Part shown: positions 32,159 through 41,769 of the stretch, in pieces
Layout: every line of letters starts with the position of its first letter
Position numbering within the stretch: the first letter of the stretch is position 1
Source of the DNA: Candidatus Sysuiplasma jiujiangense
Lineage (GTDB): Archaea > Thermoplasmatota > Thermoplasmata > Sysuiplasmatales > Sysuiplasmataceae
Direction: 5' to 3'
DNA length: 64,000 nt
Assembly: GCA_019721075.1 (NCBI GenBank)
Contig: JAHEAD010000001.1
Location: 124,001 to 188,000, forward strand
Notes under the pieces: model-generated
What the model saw: the letters and a program-made list of their open reading frames with translations, nothing else
Database searches by the model: none
What the model was told of the DNA's origin: nothing
Made by a program: the position numbers and the translations under genes

Positions 32159-34015
32159 TCAGGGCACAATGTGATGCACCGGTTTTGCAGACATCTCCCA
32201 CTGACGTGTCAATGGGTCATAGTGTGAATCAACGAAGACATGCCAGTTCTCATCGTCCACGTGCGGATAGTCTGCCCGGTAGTAATAGCCCGGCCATCTC
32301 GTTTCCTTTCTGTGAAGTGTGTGTCTTATCACCGCCTCAGCAACCCAGATTCTGTGGCTCAGCTCCCACGTTCTCTGCAGCTGGTGAAGATCCTCCGCTC
32401 CAATGCTCTTCATGTCCTCCTTAAGCATGAGAAGCAGGTTTAATCCCTTGTTAAGGAGTTTCTCATTTGTCGAGTAGTATGATCCAACACCCCCGCAGTA
32501 TTCGTCCATTATCTTCTCGAGTCGTTGAAGACCCTGCTTGGGTGTGATGAAGAAGGGGGAAACGCTTCCCTTCACAATTACATGCTTCCCCACTTCATAA
32601 TTTTCCAGTGGCTTGTACAACTCCTCCCTCAAAGCTTCTATCTGAGATAAATCGATTTGCGGCTTGTAATCAGCATGATCTCTCAGAAACCTTACTGCGG
32701 CCTTCGCTGCAAGACGACCTTCGGTGAAAGAGCCAGATGAGAACTTGTGGGCGCTGCCGCCGACAGTATCACCTGCTCCGAAGAGGCCCTCAACGGTCGT
32801 CATCCTGTTGTATCCCCAGTTATAATCCGATGGAGCCATGTCCTCCGGCCCGCTCACCCAGGCGCCTGCACAGACAGCATGCGATCCCATTACATACGGT
32901 TCAGACATGGTGAGTTCTGACGGATCCACCTTCGGGTCTATATTCTGAGAAGCCCACATTACAGCCTGGCCTATTGTCATGTCCAGAAAATCCTCCCAGC
33001 CAAGCTCTTCCTTTTCGCGCGTGTCGAGAGAGCGTTCAGTGTGTATGTAGATTGGACCCTTTCCTGCCTTTATCTCTTCAAGCATCAGGTGATTCCTCAG
33101 GCACGTCGGCATTGGTTTTGCATCTGCATACTTGGTTCCAACATATGTCCTCAGATTATCGATGTGCGCCTTCTCATACTCCTCACCATATGCATTTGTC
33201 GCGACTGATTTGAGCATGAGAAACCATGCCCCGACCGGACCATAACCGTCCTTGAAACGTGTGACCACAATTCTGTTTTCCATCTGTATCATGTCGGCCC
33301 CGACCTGCATCAGTAGGGCATATGCAGATCCATTGTTCCAGGGTGGATACCAAGTTCTTCCCGCTCCCTCTCCCACAGATCGCGGTCTGTATATGTGTGA
33401 GGCGCCTGCAGCACAGACTATGACAGCTTTCGCCCTGAATACGTAGAATGTGCCTTCCCTGACATCCAGACCCACCGCGCCGGCTATACGCCTGGGATTC
33501 CGCATATCTGTAAGCAGATGTGTGATCATTACCCTGTTGTACACTTCATCTACCGATTTTTGAGCTGCTTCTGCAATTATTGGCTTATATGATTCGCCAT
33601 GAATCATGATTTGCCACCTTCCTTCCCTCTGGTAGTGACCATTCTCCCTGTTGTACATCATGGGAAGGCCCCACTCCTCAAACATATGGACAGTAGCATC
33701 GACGTGCCTCGCTATATCGTACAGCAGATCCTCCCTCACGAGTCCCATCAGATCGCCTCTTGCATACCTGACAAAATCTTCAGGCATGTTTTCATTCCAT
33801 CTCATTCCCATATAGCAGTTAATAGCCGATAATCCGTGTGCCACTGCTCCACTTCTCTCAATATTTGCCTTTTCGACGATAACAATGCGAAGATCCCTAC
33901 CCCAGTATCCGGCCTCGTAGGCTGCCCCGCATCCTGCAAATCCTCCTCCCACTATCAATACGTCACAGTCAACGCGCTTTACAGATTTTGTCTTTCCAAT
34001 TGACAGAGATATCAT
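32159..34015 (-). CDS. aprA: Adenylylsulfate (APS) reductase alpha subunit
   Basis: GGGFAGCGAAYEA, ERSGAVA.GLSAINCY, WQIMIHGESYKP, RFKDGYGPVGAWF, PTCLRNH, GYNRMTTV.GLF, HKFSSGS. Confidence 0.97.
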   Translation of the reverse strand: MISLSIGKTKSVKRVDCDVLIVGGGFAGCGAAYEAGYWGRDLRIVIVEKANIERSGAVAHGLSAINCYMGMRWNENMPEDFVRYARGDLMGLVREDLLYDIARHVDATVHMFEEWGLPMMYNRENGHYQREGRWQIMIHGESYKPIIAEAAQKSVDEVYNRVMITHLLTDMRNPRRIAGAVGLDVREGTFYVFRAKAVIVCAAGASHIYRPRSVGEGAGRTWYPPWNNGSAYALLMQVGADMIQMENRIVVTRFKDGYGPVGAWFLMLKSVATNAYGEEYEKAHIDNLRTYVGTKYADAKPMPTCLRNHLMLEEIKAGKGPIYIHTERSLDTREKEELGWEDFLDMTIGQAVMWASQNIDPKVDPSELTMSEPYVMGSHAVCAGAWVSGPEDMAPSDYNWGYNRMTTVEGLFGAGDTVGGSAHKFSSGSFTEGRLAAKAAVRFLRDHADYKPQIDLSQIEALREELYKPLENYEVGKHVIVKGSVSPFFITPKQGLQRLEKIMDEYCGGVGSYYSTNEKLLNKGLNLLLMLKEDMKSIGAEDLHQLQRTWELSHRIWVAEAVIRHTLHRKETRWPGYYYRADYPHVDDENWHVFVDSHYDPLTRQWEMSAKPVHHIVP

Positions 34016-34024
34016 CTCCCGTTT

Positions 34025-34492
34025 TCAGTTCTTACTTTTACTGCCGTCGTTCACAAATGCATGAAGTTTCGGAAGGCTTTCCACTTTTAGATAATCAGGC
34101 TCATGCGAGAGCAGCGGCGTGTGAATAGAATCTTTCTCGGGAGCAGGGTAGCTCCTTGCAGATTTGATTGATCCCCACTTAGTGGTACGGATAGGAAAAG
34201 TGAATTCCTTTATGCGGCCGTCCCTGTATTTGATCTTCCATGATACCGCTCCCTTTTCAGGTTCGCGAAGTACGGTGACACCGTGCCCGAGCGGGGCAAA
34301 GTCCGCGTATCCCCTGACATCGATGGCATGTTCCGGGCAGTATTTCACACAGGTATAGCATTCCCAACACATGTCGGGTTCCACATTGAAAGCGCGCCTG
34401 TTGATTGGGTCGATGTGCATTATGTCGCTAGGACAGAGCTCGACGCATTTACCGCATCCGTCACACATCGTCATGTAAACAAATGTTGGCAT
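34025..34492 (-). CDS. aprB: APS reductase beta subunit
   Basis: MPTFVYMT.CDGCGKCVELCPSDIMHID...CWECYTCVKYCP..AIDVRGYADFAP, F.FPIRTT.WGSI. Confidence 0.96.
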   Translation of the reverse strand: MPTFVYMTMCDGCGKCVELCPSDIMHIDPINRRAFNVEPDMCWECYTCVKYCPEHAIDVRGYADFAPLGHGVTVLREPEKGAVSWKIKYRDGRIKEFTFPIRTTKWGSIKSARSYPAPEKDSIHTPLLSHEPDYLKVESLPKLHAFVNDGSKSKN

Positions 34493-34508
34493 TCTGATTC
34501 ACGACTCC

Positions 34509-35294
34509 TCAATCTTCTTTTATGAAACTCACTTTAGAAGGCGATGGCAAATGAGAATATCCATCGGCAGAATCAATTTCCCTGTGTATTGCATAAACCG
34601 GTTTGTAGATGATATGAAGGAACTTTGACCATCCCATTGAGAGGAAGGGAAAAGCAGTGACAGGCAGATAAAATATAAGCGCTATTTCTGTCGCCACAAG
34701 CGAACCGCTAAGATCGGCAAATTCCAGTATGAATTGGAAAACCACGGCAAGCATGATTGAAAAAAGGAACATGTCAGCACGAATAGAGCGGAAAATGGAG
34801 TCCTTCTCTGATCTGACATTCACGCGCATAAAAAGCATCAGAATTCCGCCAAGGAGCAGCATAGTGTTACCTGTGTTTGTAGCAATTTCAAGCGGATTCG
34901 AGATTGGAGACGCATTGAGTGTCGGGTAAACGAACGCCTTGGAAAGCATCGATAGAGCCGATACAATGAATCCCCAGAACAGAAGCAGATGAGCGATACG
35001 TCTCGGTATGTCAACTCCTTTTTCATTGCATGAAGCAATTTCACCGGAAAAGGCGATATTTCTGAGAAGGACCCGCATTATTACCGAGGAGTGGGATACA
35101 TGCTTACCTCCAGAAACCCTTCCAAAACTCCTTTTCCAGGCCCTCTCCTGTTCATATGCCCTGATTTTTTTCCGCACGAGGGCGTCATACATAACACCGA
35201 GGATGGCTCCTAAAACCAGAATCAGTACAAACAACCGAAAGTAGTCCGATGGGAAAAACACATCTATGTTTACAGCGGCCATTCTATGAACCAT
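34509..35294 (-). CDS. aprM: AprM-like membrane anchor of APS reductase
   Basis: About five TM helices, GE...C...RRIAHLL.FWGF, R.NVRSE, WSKFLH..YKP. Directly upstream of aprBA. Confidence 0.82.
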   Translation of the reverse strand: MVHRMAAVNIDVFFPSDYFRLFVLILVLGAILGVMYDALVRKKIRAYEQERAWKRSFGRVSGGKHVSHSSVIMRVLLRNIAFSGEIASCNEKGVDIPRRIAHLLLFWGFIVSALSMLSKAFVYPTLNASPISNPLEIATNTGNTMLLLGGILMLFMRVNVRSEKDSIFRSIRADMFLFSIMLAVVFQFILEFADLSGSLVATEIALIFYLPVTAFPFLSMGWSKFLHIIYKPVYAIHREIDSADGYSHLPSPSKVSFIKED

Positions 35295-35347
35295 TCAGGG
35301 CAATGAATTTTCTTTACTTATACTTATTCGATAACGACTGATTTCGA

Positions 35348-35360
35348 CTGACATTGTCAG
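35348..35360. promoter_or_regulatory. Palindromic motif CTGACATTGTCAG (candidate operator, site 1)
   Basis: Perfect 6-1-6 palindrome between aprM and the Lrp gene. Confidence 0.6.
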
Positions 35361-35524
35361 GCACATATATTTTCGTTGCTGACCGGGTAAATAATGAACC
35401 GCTTCCGTATTGAAAACACTGCATCGGGAAGCGGCTTTACTGAAAGAATATTTATGAATCTGCGGGAAGGGAGAAAGATTAATACGCATGTAAACGTAAA
35501 GCGAGAATTGAAGGTCTGCCCGGA

Positions 35525-36031
35525 ATGAACAGCAGGAAAAAAGACGAGAAAGATGCGAACGGTGGCCTAGGACTTGATTTGCTGGATGTCGGAATTATCA
35601 AGGAATTGCAGAAGAATTCCCGAACATCCTACAGGCAGATTGCCAGAAATTTCGGCGTCAGTGTGACGACAGTGAGCGAAAGAGTAAACAGGATGGTTAA
35701 GGAGGGCCTGATAAGAAGCTTTACCGTCATTGTTAACCCTGAGAAATCTGGACCAATTTTCTGCGCAGCACTTTACATCAAAGCAAGTAACGGATGTGAC
35801 CCGAGAGAGGTTGGCAGGAATGTTTCAAAGATAAAGGGGATTTGTTACACTTATCAGGCGCTCGGATTGTACGACATAATAGCTCTTGGCAGCGCCATCA
35901 GCAAGAAGGATTTTTCCACAATGATTAGGGATGTCACATCAGTTGATGGAATAAAAGAAGTCATACCGTCGATGGTCATAGACACAATAAAGGAAGAGCC
36001 CCGTCACCCGATAAGCATACCCGGAAAATAG
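35525..36031 (+). CDS. Lrp/AsnC family transcriptional regulator
   Basis: LDLLDVGIIKELQKNSRTSYRQIA...GVSVTTVSERVNRM..EGLI, GLYDII. Confidence 0.9.
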   Translation: MNSRKKDEKDANGGLGLDLLDVGIIKELQKNSRTSYRQIARNFGVSVTTVSERVNRMVKEGLIRSFTVIVNPEKSGPIFCAALYIKASNGCDPREVGRNVSKIKGICYTYQALGLYDIIALGSAISKKDFSTMIRDVTSVDGIKEVIPSMVIDTIKEEPRHPISIPGK

Positions 36032-36060
36032 TAGCGACGTTGAATTCTTGCATGTACTTT

Positions 36061-36558
36061 TCAGAATGTCGTGTTCTTTGAAGCTCTCGCAATTATCCTT
36101 TTTGACATTTCGGCCATCTCTTCACACATGCGTCTGTACGCCTGATCGTCTACCGTTGTCATCTCACCCATGTCACTGCCGATCAACGCATACTCGGAAA
36201 AGGTGTAAATGGTCGAGTCCGGATAAAGGAACAAAAGGAAACCTTTTACTGCCATGCTCGTTGCAAGAAGCAACTCGAATTGCCGCACGATGCTGTCTGA
36301 AAGTTTTCGGCTCCTGAACTCATGAATTTCTTCCTTGTTGAAGGCTCTATCCGCAAGAAAAGAGGAAGCCCGCAAGCTCATGGGTTGTCCCTCGACTGCG
36401 GAGAGACCTGCTGATGACACGATCATATCCCTTTCACCTGCTTCCTTCTTAAGCAAATATTCCATGATCGGGCTCGCATCAGCATTTGCACTGCCTACAA
36501 CCAGAATTCGTTTAACAGGTTTGCCAAAAACAAGCCTTCTGATTATGTTTTCAGACAA
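36061..36558 (-). CDS. LMW protein-tyrosine-phosphatase/ArsC-fold protein lacking the catalytic CX5R motif
   Basis: RILVVGSANADASPIMEYLL, VSSAG, FRSRKLS, FELLLA. The P-loop Cys and Arg are absent. Confidence 0.75.
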   Translation of the reverse strand: MSENIIRRLVFGKPVKRILVVGSANADASPIMEYLLKKEAGERDMIVSSAGLSAVEGQPMSLRASSFLADRAFNKEEIHEFRSRKLSDSIVRQFELLLATSMAVKGFLLFLYPDSTIYTFSEYALIGSDMGEMTTVDDQAYRRMCEEMAEMSKRIIARASKNTTF

Positions 36559-36560
36559 GT

Positions 36561-36845
36561 TTATTCCTTGACTGGTATTTCGAAATCGATTCTTTCAATT
36601 ATGTCTTCCTTTCGGATTGGCAAAATGTTCCTATAGGCAGGAAACATGTCTGAGCTGAAGCGTTCCGCTATAGCACCGTTATCTTCCTTGGCCGCCTGTT
36701 CACCTATGAGTAGAACATCATCATCTTCCCTGACGACTACTCCACCTGCCCTGAAAACAGCACGGTAAACCGTTGCATCCGCTCCTCTTCCGCCATGAGG
36801 AGAAAAAGGTTTAGGATCCGAATACTTCACGTAAACGATTTTCAC
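36561..36845 (-). CDS. Hypothetical protein
   Basis: 94-aa ORF packed between dsrE and the PTP-like gene (2-bp gap downstream). Confidence 0.65.
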   Translation of the reverse strand: MKIVYVKYSDPKPFSPHGGRGADATVYRAVFRAGGVVVREDDDVLLIGEQAAKEDNGAIAERFSSDMFPAYRNILPIRKEDIIERIDFEIPVKE

Positions 36846-36875
36846 CGGAAATGCACCGAGATCAATACCTGCATT

Positions 36876-37316
36876 TCAGATGAAGAGAGTTATTGCAGAA
36901 GGATCGGAAGCCCATTGAAGAAATGTGGCCGCTCCGACAACGTCTGCACCAGGCAGTGTGAGATTCTCCTTCGTTGTTCCAAAAAGCTTCATGGTTGGCG
37001 AACATGCATTTATGTGAACACCTGATTCGGCCGCCATCTGAAGCATCTGTTGCACGGATGGCATTCCGCCTTTCGATATCAGTCCCTTCAGCTGTTCAGC
37101 ATTTAGTCCGAGGTCCTTTGAAGGTTCAAGTGCATCCGCCTGACCCTTGGTCAGAAGTTTCATTCCTCCAAAGGTGAAGTACATGTATACTTCCATTCCC
37201 TGGGCCGCCGCAGTCGTGGCCAGTATCAAGGCCGGATATGCGGCATCCATGGTGCCTTTGCTCACAACTAGTACTAGCTTGTTCTTTGATTCAGATTTCT
37301 CTACCGCGTTTTGCAT
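36876..37316 (-). CDS. dsrE: DsrE-family sulfurtransferase (DsrE2/peroxiredoxin-like)
   Basis: SKGTMDAAYPALILATTAAA.G.EV.MYFTFGG, GVHINACSPTM, VVGAATFL..A. Confidence 0.85.
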   Translation of the reverse strand: MQNAVEKSESKNKLVLVVSKGTMDAAYPALILATTAAAQGMEVYMYFTFGGMKLLTKGQADALEPSKDLGLNAEQLKGLISKGGMPSVQQMLQMAAESGVHINACSPTMKLFGTTKENLTLPGADVVGAATFLQWASDPSAITLFI

Positions 37317-37375
37317 TTACTGTTGTCCCCGATACCTTATTCCTTACACGTTATAAGTAAATTACCAGCCACTTA

Positions 37376-37388
37376 CAGACATTGTCAA
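37376..37388. promoter_or_regulatory. CAGACATTGTCAA (candidate operator, site 2)
   Basis: Near-identical copy of site 1 in the divergent dsrE/tusA gap. Confidence 0.55.
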
Positions 37389-37449
37389 GAAGATCCGCTA
37401 AATTAGGGGTAGAACTAAATATATATCAATACGACATGATTACACCATT

Positions 37450-37683
37450 ATGTCATCTGAAGCGAAAGTTTTTGATTTCAGGGGACTGCAGTGCCCCCTC
37501 CCCGTGTTTGAGACAAGCAAGGCTATCAAACAGATAAATGTCGGAGAAACGATTCTTGTTATGGCAAACGACCCGGCCGCAAAACCTGATCTGCAGGCAT
37601 GGTCGAAGAGAACGGGACATGAGATCGTGAATCTTGAGGAAAAAGAGGATTTTGTGAGCTTTACAATTAAGAGATCGCACTGA
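37450..37683 (+). CDS. tusA: TusA sulfur carrier
   Basis: DFRGLQCPLP, GE...VMANDPAA..DL.AW...TGHE. Confidence 0.93.
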   Translation: MSSEAKVFDFRGLQCPLPVFETSKAIKQINVGETILVMANDPAAKPDLQAWSKRTGHEIVNLEEKEDFVSFTIKRSH

Positions 37684-37874
37684 CATTTGAACAGTTTCTC
37701 TATCAGAAAACAAACTGGATGGATCTGAATGGAGGGGGAGAGGTATCGATATCTAGTACATTTACCCCTCCTCGTTGTGTAATGACAGACATTTTTTGCA
37801 TCGGCTCAGTTCGTTGTACTATTGTCCTACCAAAAGTATAATTAATAAAGTGTCCATTAGAATGTCTTAAATGA

Positions 37875-37887
37875 TTAACATTGTCAG
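37875..37887. promoter_or_regulatory. TTAACATTGTCAG (candidate operator, site 3)
   Basis: Third copy, just upstream of a TTTTAAA box and hdrC1. Confidence 0.5.
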
Positions 37888-37924
37888 GCTGATGATTTTA
37901 AACGAACATAAAGGAGAATGACTG

Positions 37925-38704
37925 ATGTCAATCCTCAAAAATTTGCCAAAGAGAGAGGATTCGCAATCGCCATCTATGATTATTTCAGGAGCAAGGGGAC
38001 ATGGCAAACAGTCTGATGAAACAGCCAAAAGGATTTTCGCTGAAATGCGCAGTGATTTTAGATACAAAGATTTTGTTTTAGGCTGCCTTAACTGCGGTGA
38101 ATGCACTACAGGCTGTCCGGCAGCCAGATTTTACGATTTCAGCCCAAGAGAAATGCTTCAGGTGGCGATGTCTGAAGATCCCGACGTTCTGCTTGACGCC
38201 ATGCAGGAAAAAATATGGGCCTGCTGCCAGTGTTATACATGCAACATGAGATGCAGATTCGGAAATGATATAGCGGGAATAATAAGCGTAATGAGAGAAC
38301 TTGCAGTGAAAAATGGCCTTGAAAGCGCAAAGGAAGTCCTGAAACCCGCAAGCAGGAGTCTCCTCAAAGTTATGACACATGGAACCCAAGTGTCGCCGGA
38401 CATGATACAACCAGATTTCTTTATTGACTGGGATCCAAAGGCTGTATCGAAATCTGGTGATCTTCAACTGCTCCGAAAAGCGATACCGATAGATGTTCTT
38501 CAGGTAACTGACTCGTCGTGGGAGGTTTCCATGCAAACTGCACTCGAGCTTGCCCAGATTTATGAAGAGTCTGGAGTGCTCGATATGCTCAGGTCCCTTG
38601 ATCCCGACCTTGTGGAAATGATTGTTGATATAATTTCAGACTGGAAAGATGAATTCGAAGATATGAAAGAAAAATTCGGCATGAAGAGCGATGATGGAAA
38701 ATGA
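37925..38704 (+). CDS. hdrC1: Sulfur-oxidizing heterodisulfide reductase-like subunit C1
   Basis: CLNCGECTTGCP, FYDFSPRE, IWACCQCYTCNMRC; cluster order. Confidence 0.9.
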   Translation: MSILKNLPKREDSQSPSMIISGARGHGKQSDETAKRIFAEMRSDFRYKDFVLGCLNCGECTTGCPAARFYDFSPREMLQVAMSEDPDVLLDAMQEKIWACCQCYTCNMRCRFGNDIAGIISVMRELAVKNGLESAKEVLKPASRSLLKVMTHGTQVSPDMIQPDFFIDWDPKAVSKSGDLQLLRKAIPIDVLQVTDSSWEVSMQTALELAQIYEESGVLDMLRSLDPDLVEMIVDIISDWKDEFEDMKEKFGMKSDDGK

Positions 38705-39990
38705 AGATGCTAAGTGCGGATCAGATAAGAGAAGTGGTTAAGGCCAGAACTGAAAACAGAGCTGTTTCTGATAAGAAGGTAGCCGACGTAAGGGAAGAAA
38801 TGTGGAACCTGCACGATAAAGGGGAGCTTATTGTAATACCAATCGAAAGTAAAAATAAGCCTATCCCGGTTCAGACATTATTTGGCTGGGAGAAAAAGAT
38901 TCCGACTGATTACCTCTGGCACCATAAATCATGCGGGCAATGCGGCAACATACCTGGTTATCCCGCATCCCTCCTTTGGTTCATGAATGAATTTGGAACA
39001 CACTATCTGAATGAACCGCATCAGACATCTTGTACTGCATGGAACTATCACGGCACAGGTACATCGAACCCGGTAGCTCTGGCAGCTGTCGCTGTGAGAA
39101 ACTGGTACAGGGCATATGAAACTGGTACATTCCCTCTCATACACTGCGGTACAAGCTACGGTGATTACAAGGAAATGAGGAAACTCCTCGTTGAGAACAA
39201 GGAAACAAGGGAAAAGGTAAGAGACATAATGCATCACATGGGAAAGGAACTCGTGATACCCGAAGAAATAGTGCATTACAGTGAGTGGGTGCATGTTATG
39301 CGGGACAGGATGGCATCCATGAAAAAGTATAATCTGTCAGACATAATTGCAACCGTCCATGAACCCTGCCATTATTACAAAATGGTTCCAGAGGATGCCA
39401 TTTACGATTTCGGTGTCAACGGGGGACAGCGGCCTGCACCTCCAACGGCGCTCATGCTTGCACTCGGCGCAAAAGTTGCGGATTACAGCACATGGTATGA
39501 CTGCTGCGGTTTCGGATTCCGGCATATTCTGACAGAGAGGGAGTTTACAAGATCATTTGCCACGCTGCGGAAAATTAAACCGATGGTGGAAGAGGCTCAT
39601 TCTGATGTTGCAATCACCACCGATACCGGCTGCGTGACAACACTGGACAAGAGCCAGTGGATAGGCAAGGTTCATGGAATGGATTTCATGGTGCCGGTAC
39701 TCGCCGACGTCCAGATTGCTGCGCTGGCAGCCGGAGCCCACCCATATAAGATCGTTCAGGTACACTGGCATGCGTCCCCAACCGAGAAGCTGATGGAGAA
39801 AATGGGAATAGACTACACCTCGTACAAAAACGATTTCATGGCTTACCTGGAGCAGATTAAGGGCGGAGGGAAGATCGAGTATCTTTACGAACCTCACAGA
39901 GAAATGGAAAAATATTTCGCAGTCAACAAAGGCCAGGTTCTTCCCGAAGATGTTCCCCGGCCCGAAGAGGCAAAAATCAGACAGGGTTAG
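38701..39990 (+). CDS. hdrB1: sHdr subunit B1
   Basis: HHKSCGQCGNIPGY, QTSCTAWNYHG, HCGTS, CHYYK, DYSTWYDCCGFGFRHI, DTGCVTTLDK. Confidence 0.92.
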   Translation: MKMLSADQIREVVKARTENRAVSDKKVADVREEMWNLHDKGELIVIPIESKNKPIPVQTLFGWEKKIPTDYLWHHKSCGQCGNIPGYPASLLWFMNEFGTHYLNEPHQTSCTAWNYHGTGTSNPVALAAVAVRNWYRAYETGTFPLIHCGTSYGDYKEMRKLLVENKETREKVRDIMHHMGKELVIPEEIVHYSEWVHVMRDRMASMKKYNLSDIIATVHEPCHYYKMVPEDAIYDFGVNGGQRPAPPTALMLALGAKVADYSTWYDCCGFGFRHILTEREFTRSFATLRKIKPMVEEAHSDVAITTDTGCVTTLDKSQWIGKVHGMDFMVPVLADVQIAALAAGAHPYKIVQVHWHASPTEKLMEKMGIDYTSYKNDFMAYLEQIKGGGKIEYLYEPHREMEKYFAVNKGQVLPEDVPRPEEAKIRQG

Positions 39991-39998
39991 GTGATATT

Positions 39999-41081
39999 CT
40001 GACCGCAGCACGCATACTTGTCATAGGAGGAGGACCAGCGGGACTGAGTGCGTCGATGGATCTTTTCGGTGCGGGAGCTGAGGTGGTTCTGGTGGAAAAG
40101 GAATCTTTTCTTGGCGGGACCCCAAAGCGCCTTCACTACAGCCTGATAGCACCGGATCTCAAACCTGTGGAGGAAGTACTCGACCCTTTGATAAAAGAGG
40201 TAAAGTCCTCAGGGATAAGGACGAAACTCGGCACAATTGTTTCATCCATCAGGAATCATGATAAGAGTGTACAGGCAACATTCAAATCAATCTCTGACGG
40301 AAAGGAGGAAAAAGACGCTTTTGACGCGGTCGTGCTGGCCACCGGATTCTCGCACTGGGATCCGCATAAGAAGTACGAATACGGCTACGGCCTCTATCCA
40401 GATGTCATTGACTTCAAGGATTTTGAACAGATGCTTTCGGAGGACCGCCTCATCAGACCATCCAATGGTCAGATGCCTAAACGGATAGGGTGGCTTCTCT
40501 GCGTAGGTTCGCGGGACAGGCAGGTTGGAAAATTCTACTGCTGCAGGCTTGGCTGCGCAGTATCGATAAAACAGGCAATGGAGGTGAAGAAGAAGCATCC
40601 GGAAATTGACACTTACATCTATTACATGGACATTAGGACATATGGCTTTTGGGAAGACCAGCTGTACTGGAAATCCATGGAGGAAATGAATGTCAAATAC
40701 ATACGCGGACGTATAGGGGCCATCAGCAAGGGAGAAGACGGCAGTCTTATTGCAATGGCCGAAGATACAATTCTACAGAGACCCAGTGAAGTTCCGTTCG
40801 ACATGCTTGTGCTTGCCACAGGAATGGAGGCAAGCGAGGGAACTGTCGAAATGGCCAAAATGCTTGGACTGGAAATGGAAGAGCATGGCTTTGTTAGGCC
40901 GCTTCAGGCAGACAGCCTTCCCGTGCATACTACAGTTGAAAACGTGTTTGTAGCCGGCACAGCTACGGGCCCAAAAGCGATACCCGATGCCATAACAGAG
41001 GGCTCGGCAGCCGCGATAAAGGTACTCAATTACGTGAGGAAGAGGTCGATAAAAACAAATGCCAGAGCTTATGCTGAATAG
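39999..41081 (+). CDS. hdrA: sHdr subunit A (FAD-binding); probable CTG start
   Basis: In-frame upstream ILVIGGGPAGLSAS, LGGTP, ATGF.H, YGYG, CVGSRDRQ.G...CC..GC.VSIKQA, YMDIRTYG.WE, GPKAIPDAI.EG. Confidence 0.92.
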   Translation: MTAARILVIGGGPAGLSASMDLFGAGAEVVLVEKESFLGGTPKRLHYSLIAPDLKPVEEVLDPLIKEVKSSGIRTKLGTIVSSIRNHDKSVQATFKSISDGKEEKDAFDAVVLATGFSHWDPHKKYEYGYGLYPDVIDFKDFEQMLSEDRLIRPSNGQMPKRIGWLLCVGSRDRQVGKFYCCRLGCAVSIKQAMEVKKKHPEIDTYIYYMDIRTYGFWEDQLYWKSMEEMNVKYIRGRIGAISKGEDGSLIAMAEDTILQRPSEVPFDMLVLATGMEASEGTVEMAKMLGLEMEEHGFVRPLQADSLPVHTTVENVFVAGTATGPKAIPDAITEGSAAAIKVLNYVRKRSIKTNARAYAE

Positions 41082-41769
41082 TTACCGCATGCGTGAAATT
41101 GCGGATGCGACAATAGGACATGAATGGGAGGCGGAGCTCAGAGCTTACGTTGAACTTCTCAGGCGTAAATCCGAAATTGTCACTTCAATGACACGGGAAA
41201 GAGACAGGAGTGAAGAATTCAGGAAAGACTTCATAAGAATGTGTTTCACATCGAGGAGGTATGCTGACTCCATTCTCTCACACAACACGCCTGGTGGGAT
41301 TGATATGGCCATTGAGTCCCTCGCGTCGGCAGACGATGAACCGGAGGCATGCATTGCCATATTTGCCGGCCTGCATGGTGCACCTGCTGAAGTGATAAGA
41401 GATCTTGCCTTTGAAATGATTCACTTTTCATTTCCGGAAAAATACGGACTGGCGACAAGATGGGTCTGGAATCCTGCACGAGGCACTGGTGCTCTTAGGG
41501 AGGCAATAATGGCCGATAGGATGGAAATGAATTTCACCCAGATACAGAAAGTAATGAGAAACATATACTCGTCTCTCATTGTTCATGGATACAGATTTCA
41601 TGATTTTTTTCCACTTGACCTCATAAGCGCTCTCCATTATTCACAGGATGTCATAGGAGCAAAGGACAACTCAATGAACGCTGGTGGAATGGAGGCTCTT
41701 TTCCCGAACCATGGAGTGATTTCGATAATGATACTCGGACTGAAGGAGATACGTTATGCCAATCCATGA
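41059..41769 (+). CDS. Conserved sHdr-cluster protein (Hyp/sHdrH)
   Basis: Position between hdrA and hdrC2; E.IHF..PEKY.L.TRWVWNP..GTGAL. Confidence 0.82.
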   Translation: MPELMLNSYRMREIADATIGHEWEAELRAYVELLRRKSEIVTSMTRERDRSEEFRKDFIRMCFTSRRYADSILSHNTPGGIDMAIESLASADDEPEACIAIFAGLHGAPAEVIRDLAFEMIHFSFPEKYGLATRWVWNPARGTGALREAIMADRMEMNFTQIQKVMRNIYSSLIVHGYRFHDFFPLDLISALHYSQDVIGAKDNSMNAGGMEALFPNHGVISIMILGLKEIRYANP

